A DNA stretch of 63,559 nucleotides, filler included, from Octopus bimaculoides (lineage: Eukaryota), in NCBI RefSeq assembly GCF_001194135.2. It is 6 parts of 5 records of this genome, joined end to end, with 100 filler letters (N's around TTAATTAATTAA, not from the genome) between each part and the next. Parts side by side here need not be neighbours in the genome. Positions count along the whole stretch, not along the records: positions 1 to 13,060 come from NC_069007.1; 5 more parts are not named here. The stretch is one strand, 5' to 3'. A model generated the notes under the pieces. The model saw only the letters and a list, made by a program, of their open reading frames with translations. It was not told where the DNA came from and made no database searches. Every line of letters starts with the position of its first letter. Within the stretch, counting starts at the first letter, position 1. The position numbers and the translations under genes are program-made. Shown piece after piece: positions 1 to 10,900 of this stretch.

Positions 1-190
1 GCCGACAAAAAACTTGTGAGTGGATTTGGTAGATGGAAACTGAAAGACGCCCGTCGTATACTTAGCGGTTCGGCAAAAGAGACCGATAGATGAAAGTACT
101 AGGCTTACAATTGATAAGTCCTGGGGTCAATTTGTTCGACTAAAGGTGGTGCTCCAGCATGGCCGCAGTCCAATAACTGAAACAAAAATT
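1..190 (+). mobile_element. tRNA-derived SINE (family A), body and 3' part
   Basis: Reverse complement of the repeat seen at 4730-4950, 31085-31470, 41940-42290, 56400-56755 (GGTTCGGCAAAAGAGACCGATAGA...GGTGCTCCAGCATGGCCGCAG). Confidence 0.8.
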
Positions 191-705
191 TAAGAATAAC
201 TCGAAATGTTTTCCCCGTTGTTTTCAAAGTGCGTACTTCCAAAAAAAACTTGAAAACTTCTTTCTGAGTGCCTTGGGGGACAGGGAAAGGAGAATAAAAC
301 AAAAATATAGATTTTCATAAAAAATTTTTTTTTCCATATATAGCCCCACCCCCATTCAGGCATAGTGAGAAAAATTTCCAGAATGAAATATGACAATTGC
401 AGAGTTACACAAGCAGACTGTTATCTTAACACTGTTGAATGAATGCCTGGTGTGAAATTGATTGGTGAGATAAGCTGCAATGGATATATATCACACAGTG
501 CATTTCAATCAATATACTCACTCTACTACTGGCAGATATACGAGTGCATTTTTTACATGACTTATGGACTCGTTGACAGCTTACACACACATACACACAT
601 GTATACATATATAAACATTTATGTATGTTTATATACAATACATAGACATATAAACACTGTGTATATGTACAAATATATATGTATGTATAATATATATTTA
701 TATAT

Positions 706-868
706 ACGTGTATAAGGGATGACCACTAGGTGGACATCCAATGTGCTAGAAAGAGGTCATCAACGACCCAACCGCAAAGAAAAAGTAATATTTTCTTTGT
801 GGTTGGGTCGTTGATGACCTCTTTCTAGCATATTGGATGTCCACCTACTGGTCATCCTTTATACACGT
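706..868. repeat. Fold-back inverted repeat, 78-bp arms, 7-nt loop
   Basis: 706-783 pairs with 791-868; only 4 non-Watson-Crick positions. Confidence 0.95.
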
Positions 869-961
869 GTAATACAATTTTTTCTGAATTTTCAGATTTG
901 TTATATGCTAGGCCACTTGGTTTTAAATTGAATTAATATTCTATTTATCACCCTATCTATC

Positions 962-1008
<47 letters not shown>

Positions 1009-1406
1009 TTGTAGTAGTACAACAAGGCACCAGTGATTACTGGAAATAACAGTCGATAAATTTATGACACTATAGTGAAGTTTCACTATGTATATTATTG
1101 ACAAAGACTTGTGAGGGCAGGGAACATAAAAAATTTCGTCTTACTTCTAAGAAGAACATTAGGATAAATGGACAACCCAGAATCGGATAATCCAGTATCT
1201 AAGTTTCGGACTCTTCAAATACGTTTGTTATCGTCAGTTTGATTAGTCTTCTTCAGGTAGATTTTTACCTGGACAATATTTCAAATATTGCCACATGAAT
1301 ACCAGTATACTTGCCTGAACGCCTTGCTGTTAACAGAACTGAGAACAATACTGATCCATGATAGAAAATTCCACAAAAGAGTACGCCATTTGGTGAGAGA
1401 TAAATA

Positions 1407-1547
1407 TTATTTATTTAAAGGTCACAGTACATGTATTGAAGTGCTCCTAATATGTGGTTTGCACCTGAAGAATACGCTTGAGTTCTCTAAATACATGAAG
1501 CTATTAATAGCACTTCAATACATGTGTTGTGACCTTTAAATAAATAA
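1407..1547. repeat. Inverted repeat, 46-bp arms, 49-nt spacer
   Basis: TTATTTATTTAAAGGTCACAGTACATGTATTGAAGTGCTCCTAATA (1407-1452) vs reverse complement of 1502-1547, 4 mismatches. Confidence 0.9.
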
Positions 1548-1890
1548 GATATGTATATAACGAGCAAAGTAGCTTGTCCTAAATTCTCTAAACAAGATAT
1601 AAATAGTAACAATACTAGATGGTAACATTTGACACTACAACATGGTTGTTCTGTACAGCATTATGTTAACTACATTTTGACCTCAGGAAAACATTTTTTT
1701 CCAGCTGGTTAATGACATAAAACTTGTGTCTGATATATTGTAAGGGAGTGAATCATTGCCCCCCTGCTTTTGCAAGACCCCAGTAGACCATGGTTTCTGG
1801 GTCTTTACCCAATCATTATTACTAGATACCTACCTGCTAGAGATGGCAGTCAATCGTCCCTACTCACAATATAATACATATATATATATA

Positions 1891-2040
1891 TTTATATATC
1901 CAAAGTTTTAAATTTAAATTTAAGAGAGAGATTTGACGCTAATATCCATTATTATTGTAATTTATTCCTATTACAATAATAATGGATATTAGCGTCAAAT
2001 CTCTCTCTTAAATTTAAATTTAAAACTTTGGATATATAAA
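1891..2040. repeat. Perfect palindrome, 71-bp arms, 8-nt loop
   Basis: 1891-1961 is the exact reverse complement of 1970-2040; loop TTATTCCT. Confidence 0.97.
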
Positions 2041-2144
2041 CAAAGAGAACAATCCCTAAGGAGTCTAATTTAGACTATTTTTGCGGTGAAATCTCCTGCT
2101 ATATTGGTAATGGTTACATAGTTTACTATGAAAAATTATATATT

Positions 2145-2202
<58 letters not shown>

Positions 2203-3090
2203 TATATTCAGTCCTAGATTGTCAGGTGTTAACTCAGTTGTCTCTCTGAATATATATTGCTTCCTGTATCTAATTGCTATACAAGTTTATTATGAAACAT
2301 CTGTGTGTTGTGTTAATCCATTTGCAGTATATTCCAGTAAACACACAAACATGCTCTCTCTCTCTCTCTCTCTCTCTCATACACCACAGACAACCATCTG
2401 TTATTGCTGACTTGTGTCATTCTTAACAATGTTATCATGTAATTTCCCAGGCATTTCAGCTGTTTTTGGCATGGTTTCTATGGCTGGAGACCCTTCCTAA
2501 TGCCAACCACTTCACAGAATCTACTGGGTGTGCCTTTTATATGGCACCAGCTCAGGTGTTTTCTATGTGGCTCCAGCAGAGTCACCAGGTAACTTTCAAG
2601 ACAAAGACCTCTTAGTTGAGAGAGGGAGAGGATCTGGGGGGGGATGTGGCTGTGTGCCAGGTGAGAGGTTAGAGTATGGTAGTGAGACAGGGATAGTTGC
2701 CTTACTATAGAGGAGATATTTGGTGACCCTAATAGGGCAAGGAAGGTGTGACAAAGTTAGGGGGGAGAGAGAGAGAGAAATGGTGTTGGAGATGTGTTGG
2801 GGTGGAATAGGAGTAGCACAGAGAGGATAGAGTGGAATGTTCCATGAGAAAGTCTGAGGGAGGATATATTGAGATGGTGAGGGAAATTGGAGAGGCTTGG
2901 GAGGGGGTAGGGAAAATATGTGAGAGCAAGGAAATTGTGTGGATAGGCATGAGAGAGAGAGATAGTGAAGAAAAGAAACAAAATCTTTCTTTCTGTTTAA
3001 AAAATTTTTACATATTTTTTATTTCCAAATTTTATTTTTTTTTGTAACCTTATTTTCTCTCTTTTTTTTTTCTTTTTTTTCAATATGCAG

Positions 3091-3183
3091 TTATATCGGC
3101 ATGGCGACAGATCCCCTATTTCAGATTACCCAAATGATAACTTGACAAATGCTTGGCCAAAGGGACTTGGACAGCTTACAAAG
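3091..3183 (+). CDS. ACP2-like: Acid phosphatase exon: [31 protein letters not shown] (catalytic His motif)
   Basis: Poly-T tract + CAG acceptor, GTAAGT donor, phase 0/0; RHGxRxP signature. Confidence 0.97.
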
Positions 3184-4920
3184 GTAAGTCTAGATCAAAA
3201 TTAGGGTCCATCATCATATCGACCCTTTAACATTCTCATTGTTCTGCCAAATGTAAATATTTATTTATTCATATTGTTTCCAACTAACCATTTATCATGC
3301 TGTAACATAGAGATTCCTATATTGCGATTGTATATCTTCAAAACGACATTGTAGGGTAGGTAAGAGAGGCAGAATCTGGTTAGTTTGAACATAAAACAAG
3401 TAGAATATTTGGGTCAGATATGGCTGGATTAAATGCCCTTTTGGTGCTAACCCACCTGAGACCATTTTTGGTTTTATGATACAGACCTAGTTTTAACTCT
3501 TTAACATGGTTATTCCAGTCATCATCATCATCATTTAACGTCCGCTTTCCATGCTAGCATGGGTTGGACGATTTGACTGGGGACTAACGAACCAGAAGGC
3601 TGCATGTCACCAACACGGAAGCGAGACCACTGCTTTGGCAGTGATCCCGCTCGGATGGTGCTGTTAGCGCTCCACTGGCATGAGTGCCAGTTGTTAAATC
3701 TGGTTCAGTTTCGATCTCACTTGCCCAACAATGTTAAATATCTATCAAAAAATAGAATTGATATTTTCTGCAAGTTATGTCTCAATAAACTTGTATTTTA
3801 ACCAAAGAAAAAGCAAATTCCACTTCACCCTTCCATTCTTGCTTGCTTCCATTGACATGTTGCTGTTTTTCTGTCCCTTCTTTTACCCTTTTGTGACGAG
3901 GTATAGGGGGACACCTGAACATTATATATAATAAACTCATTAACCCTTTTCAACTGTGAAATTAAAGTTCATGGTTATTCCAGTAATGACAATATCTACC
4001 AAAAAATAGAATTGGTATTTTCTGCAAGTCATGTTGCCTCAATAAACTTGACAAAATCCAGCAGAAAATCATTTCAAATCAGACATTCCTTAACTTAACT
4101 TTGATTGGCTTATAAAACTGTTTTTTGCAGTTAAGGTTAATGAAATTTTCTAGAGAATATATCTGATTTCTGCAGTTAAAAAGTTCATTTTTGTATTAAA
4201 AAAATTCTAGATGTGAACGAAATTATGATAGAAGATTGACGATGCTTGTATGACGGTGATCGTCATTGACAACTATTGCATAACGTCAAGGTAAGAAAAC
4301 ACACACACGATGGACTTTTAGTTTCCATCTAGCAAATTCATCCAGGGTTGTAGAAGAAGACACTTGTCCAAGGTGCCATGCAATGTAATTGAACCTGAAA
4401 TCACACCCTATCATTCTTTTTTTACCTGCCCGCACAGTCTTTCTCCAAAACTGGACCTCCTCCATTAAAATTACCAAATGCCACAAAAGACGAAGAATCC
4501 AAGCTTTAACCCCTGTCCCATCTCTCTGTCCTTCCATTCTGTTATGTCTTAATTCTTAACCGTTTCTCTTCTGTTGGCGTCTTAAAAGGTTGGTATGCAA
4601 CAGCAATACGAACTTGGAAAATACTTGAGAAAGCGCTACGATGGATTCCTCAACACTTCTTTCAACGCAGAAGAGGTGAATATATTTTCTTTACTCATTT
4701 TACTCTTTTCCTTGTTGGTGTCAGTCAGTAGCTCGTGGCCATGCTGGAGTACCACCTTGCATGCTTCAGTCACTTGTTTGACTTCCGGTATTCTTTGTAA
4801 GCCTAGCACTTACTTTATCGGACTCTTTTGCTGAACTGCTACATTATGGGGACGTAAACACACCAACATCGGTTGTGAAGTGATGATGGGGGGGGGACAA
4901 ACATAAACACAAAGACAAAT

Positions 4921-4953
<33 letters not shown>

Positions 4954-7900
4954 ATTAACATAATAGGGTAAAAATTTGATATTAATTAATATCAATTTAA
5001 TACCAGGAAACTAGCACATTAAAAGAATCAGAAGGTTCAGAATAAATTTTCTGAGATCCTAAAAGGATTATAGTACTTGTGTATATAAAAAGAGGCCCCT
5101 AAAGTGGACAGTTAATATGCTTGAATTTTTTAAGTGATCTTTTTCGAGCACATTAACTGTCCACTTCAGTGGCCTCTTTTATATACCCAAGTACTATATA
5201 NNNNNNNNNNNNNNNNNNNNNNNNNNNNNNNNNNNNNNNNNNNNNNNNNNNNNNNNNNNNNNNNNNNNNNNNNNNNNNNNNNNNNNNNNNNNNNNNNNNN
5301 NNNNNNNNNNNNNNNNNNNNNNNNNNNNNNNNNNNNNNNNNNNNNNNNNNNNNNNNNNNNNNNNNNNNNNNNNNNNNNNNNNNNNNNNNNNNNNNNNNNN
5401 NNNNNNNNNNNNNNNNNNNNNNNNNNNNNNNNNNNNNNNNNNNNNNNNNNNNNNNNNNNNNNNNNNNNNNNNNNNNNNNNNNNNNNNNNNNNNNNNNNNN
5501 NNNNNNNNNNNNNNNNNNNNNNNNNNNNNNNNNNNNNNNNNNNNGCCCGAGGCTATAGTAGAAGACACTTGACCAAGGTGCCATGCAGTGGGACTGAACC
5601 TGGAGCCATGTGGTTGGAAAGCAAGATTCTTACCACACAGCCACGCCTGTGCTTCTAGTGTTTTTAATTTAAAAAAAAATTTTTTTTTTTTTAAACCTGG
5701 TTTTATTCTATTTGCCGAATCACTAAGTTACAAGGTACACAAAAATAAAACATACACAGAGAGAGAGGAAAATGTAATATTGATCATTTATGTGCCATGG
5801 AAACTCAATCAAGCTCTGGCTTTGGCTATCATAACCATCTATATTTACCACTAGGTTCTGTCGTTATTCTCTGTTTTTATTGCTACACTCTATGTTTTAT
5901 CTTCTCTATTTATTGCCCTCTTCTGCTGTTATTTCATGTTCTCTTGTAGATCCTAGTGCGTAGTACGGATAAAGACAGAACCTTAATGAGTGCCTACAGC
6001 AACCTGGCTGGATTTTTTTACCCTTCTTCTCAGGATATCTGGAACCCTGATATTCTCTGGCAGCCAATTCCTGTCCACACTGTTCCGAGAATGGATGATA
6101 ATGTAAGAACTGATTCTTAACACTGAAAAATGCAAGCTAGGGGATATAACTCAAGTGGGCCAGTGGCATGACTAGATAAATTAAATAAAGAATAAAGCAA
6201 AATAAATTCTTCTCAATACATCGAAATTTTCCTTTTGGTAGGAGAAAGTAAACAACAGCCTAGCAATAATTCTATTAAAATATACTGATTTTCTTTCTGT
6301 TGATTTTGAAAATAATGAACAATTTAATGAAATAACTTTGTTGACCCCCCAGAAAAGACCATGTCTCTTACTGAAAATAAAAAAAACAACTCATTTATTA
6401 TACACTACAGGGAAAGAAATCAATCATAAAGGTCAATGTTTTATTTTGCAGTTACTTTACATGGAATCGAATTGTCCGAAATATATGAAACTTTATGAAA
6501 ACTTCCAGAAATCAAAGAAATTCAAAGAATTGATCAATGATTACAAGGTGAGACTTTGGCTTTATCTTTAAGGATTTTACTTTATGTGTGATCATGTGGT
6601 CAACCAGATTGTTGGCTGTTGTTACATATCGCTGGTCACAATGCACTTTACATCATTTTTAGCTTTTGAATGATGTCACCCTGCTGGCCCCTGGCAAGCA
6701 GGCCAACATTCCCCTTGATCCGAAGGTTGGTCTGTCGCAGGGTCAGCCATTCACAGGTGAGTGGACTGGGGACGATGTGAAACAAAGTGTCTTGCTCAAG
6801 AACACAACACACCACTCCATTTGGGAATTGAACCTGCGACCTAGTGATCATAAGTGCAACACCCTAACCACTGGGTCACACAACTTCACATGTGTTAATA
6901 TACACTTGATATCTTCTGTGTAATATATACCCATTACCTGTGTGATAAGCATCCAATATCTATATAACATACATCCAATATCTATGTAATATACACCCAA
7001 TATACTGACAACATGGTGGAGTCACAATGGCCCAGTGGTTAGGATAGCGGACTCGCAGTTTCGATTCCCAGACCGGGCGTTGTGAGTGTTTATTGAGCCA
7101 AAACACCTAAAACTCCACGAGGCTCTGGCAGGGGATGGTGGCGAACCCCGCTGTACTCTTCCACCACAACTTTCTCTCACTCTTACTTCCTGTTTCTGTT
7201 GTGCCTGTAATTCAAAGGGTCAGCCTTGTCACGCTGAATATCCCCGAGAACTACGTTAAGGGTACACGTGCCTGTGGAGTGCTCGGCCACTTGCACGTTA
7301 ATTTCACAAGCAGGCTGTTCCGTTGATCGGATCAACTGGAACCCTCGACGTCGTAAGCGACGGAGTGCCAACAACAACAACTGACAACATGACATATATA
7401 TATATATATACTTTGTTCTTATATTTCAGGATGTGATAACGCTCGTTAGCGACAAATCTGGTGCCACAGGAGACATTGAAAGTGTGACCTCTGTCTATGA
7501 CAACCTCTTCTGTAAGGTAAGTACAAATATGTTATTTCATATTGGGGGGGGGGGGTTAGCGCCCTCACCGCTATCGTCACCACCGTTGCCATCTTCACCA
7601 TCACCACTACTACCAATATCGTCAATACCAATCACTAACACCACCACCGGCACCATCTTTCATCACCACTACCACCATCACCATCACCACTGCCACCACT
7701 ATCATTGTCAACATTACCATCATGATGCCTTACTAAGAGCATTGTACCATCTGTTCTTCATTTGCTAACACTATCTGTTAGCTTGAGATTTCCTAACACT
7801 ACAACTTGTTTACAGCTTTCATAATAGCCTTCATAATAACCTATATTGGCCAGATTATCAGATGTTGCTTTTGTTTGGTTACTGTTTGTGTACCACTACT

Positions 7901-10900
7901 TTTGTAATGGTTTTTATCTTATTTATAGGTTTCCTATTTGGAAATAGATAATAAATATATTTTACTTTTGAATTAAGAATCTATATTGATAAACATGTCA
8001 CTTACAAGTGTTATCATTATACATAAATCCTGACTCCAGCTACATAAATGCCATAGCGAGAAATATATAGTCTGAAATGCTAACTGACATTTTATGCATG
8101 CATGTATGTTGAAGATAAATAAATTTGTGTTCTTTTAACTGTATAAAAAAAAAAATGCACAGTTTCATAATTGGAGAAATAAATTTCATTAACAAGTTGA
8201 AGAACGTGAAGAAAGAGAAAATAATTACTACATTAGTTTATTTATGTACATTTAGCATTTATAGTACAATTGGAAAGTAAAGTCATTTTGTCGTAGAGAA
8301 TTACGACTTAAAATTCACACTAGCTAATCCTTCATACTAGAGTTCACAACAATTCAAAAAAGTCTTGTTGGATTTTTATCATAGACATGGCATAAAAAAT
8401 AGCCAATATCGCAATGAGTGAGTGTTGTGGAGTTTAGTAACATTCAACGATCACTGAGTAATTTCCCAAAAATCAGGGTTTTTATAACTGCTCGTATCCG
8501 AATTCTAAGAATCGTATTTCGTGAAAGATTTCTTTGACAAAAGTTTAGAATTCGTCTATGGGCAGTAATTTTAACCAATGGGATACCAACAATTATGTGT
8601 GTGTATAATCAGAAATATTTTGTAAATATTTAATTCTGTTTTTGCAGCGTGCACACAATTTCTCGTTACCCAGTTGGGCATCAGACGACATTATGTTGAA
8701 GTTAAAGGCTTTGGAGATTATCAAAATGAAGAATTACTTCTACACCCCTTCTATGCAGCTTCTGAAAGGAGGTGAGTTTACTTTCTGAACGTTACAGCAC
8801 TAAACTTTAACCCTTCAGCTTTCAGATTACTCTGTTAAATGTATTCATACTCAGTCATGTTGTTTTGAATTAATCATAGATTATCTTGTAGATTTTGAGA
8901 ATGTGATTTGTTTGTTTGTTTTTTTTTCCCACATCTATCAGAGTGCAAAGTGCTCCTCATGAACGCAGGTTTGTGAGACGGTTGTGATCTATAAATAGTT
9001 TTGAGTAGGAACCAGAAAGAGAAGTATGAGCACACAATGTGTTTATACACACTGGATTCGTAATTAAATTTGAATTCTTTGCAATCAAATTTTTATTTGT
9101 TTCAGGTCATCTTCTCTGGGACATCGTAGAAAATATGAATTTGAAAGTGACCGAACCAGAAACCCTTCGGAAATTTATCATGTATTCTGCTGTAAGTTCC
9201 CCCCTCTCTCTCCCTTTCTGTCTCCCTTACGATAAATATATATATATATATATATGTAAAACAAAGAATTGTCAGGATAAAACATTAGAGTTAATGACTG
9301 ACAAACTTGGTGCATAAGAAAATCGGACATTCCATTCTTAATGACTTGATATATATATATATATATAATACAAATGATATGTACATACCTACATCTACAT
9401 GTATATATAGATGCATATCCGGGTGCAGGGCATCAAAAAAACGTGGACAAAAAAAGGAAGGGAACATAAACAAAGCACAAAAAAACGAACTTTTTTTTTT
9501 CGGACAACAGAATGAACATATAGGAAAACAGACAAGCCACATACATACATATATNNNNNNNNNNNNNNNNNNNNNNNNNNNNNNNNNNNNNNNNNNNNNN
9601 NNNNNNNNNNNNNNNNNNNNNNNNNNNNNNNNNNNNNNNNNNNNNNNNNNNNNNNNNNNNNNNNNNNNNNNNNNNNNNNNNNNNNNNNNNNNNNNNNNNN
9701 NNNNNNNNNNNNNNNNNNNNNNNNNNNNNNNNNNNNNNNNNNNNNNNNNNNNNNNNNNNNNNNNNNNNNNNNNNNNNNNNNNNNNNNNNNNNNNNNNNNN
9801 NNNNNNNNNNNNNNNNNNNNNNNNNNNNNNNNNNNNNNNNNNNNNNNNNNNNNNNNNNNNNNNNNNNNNNNNNNNNNNNNNNNNNNNNNNNNNNNNNNNN
9901 NNNNNNNNNNNNNNNNNNNNNNNNNNNNNNNNNNNNNNNNNNNNNNNNNNNNNNNNNNNNNNNNNNNNNNNNNNNNNNNNNNNNNNNNNNNNNNNNNNNN
10001 NNNNNNNNNNNNNNNNNNNNNNNNNNNNNNNNNNNNNNNNNNNNNNNNNNNNNNNNNNNNNNNNNNNNNNNNNNNNNNNNNNNNNNNNNNNNNTAAATAT
10101 CGCCATCCGTTGGAGAAAAAATTGTAGTTAGAATTAGTAGTTCTTTGGCTGCTATTTCTAAATTTTCAGTATGTTGGTGAAGCAACTCATGCTGATCCCT
10201 ATAGGTTTATAATTATATATATATATGCTGTATATGCAGGTTTTATTGTAAAAGCTATTATACTATGAATAGAACTGAAAGAATTTCAATGGTATTCCTT
10301 CAGTAAATGGGGTTTTTTTCTCTTTGATTCCTCAGCATGATTCCACAATGATCGCCCTCTTCATGTCTCTGAACCTTTTCAATGACATTTTGCCGCCATA
10401 CGCTTCCTGCCTCATAATTGAGTTACACAAAAGCGAGGAGAACTCTTATTTTGTGCAGATCTTTTACAAGAATTCTACTTCAGCCGAACCGGTACCTCTC
10501 ACGATGTCAGGTATGTAACCACGGAGACAAACACCAGTGTTTTTTTTCTTCTTTTTCTTCTTATTATTTAGGCAGTGTGTTGGCAGAATCGTTAGCACGA
10601 TGGACAGAATTAAAGAATGCTGAGCAGCATTTCATCCATTTTTACATTCTGGGTTCAGATTCTGTTGAGGTCAACTTTGCTTTTTCTCCTTGCTGGTGGT
10701 GGGGATAAACTCAAGTACCAGTGAAGCACTGGGGTCGACGTAATCAACTAGGTCCCTTCACTCAAATTTCAGTCCTTGTGTCTATAGCTGAAAGGGTTAT
10801 TAGGTGCCATGCAGTGGGACTGAGCCCAGAACCATGTAGTTGGGAAGCAAGCTTCTTACCACATAGCCATGCTTNNNNNNNNNNNNNNNNNNNNNNNNNN

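Noticed and set aside
2292-2336. Candidate first exon of the phosphatase (MKHLCVVLIHLQYIP, donor GTAAAC); also candidates near 383-464 and 1288-1392
   Set aside because: Weak donors or wrong phase, poor signal-peptide character and no L-x-x-V-x-x motif expected before LYRHG
7016-7080. tRNA genes at SINE heads (also 37229, 43490, 52146)
   Set aside because: A/B boxes are present, but no complete cloverleaf could be folded and each continues into a multi-copy SINE body
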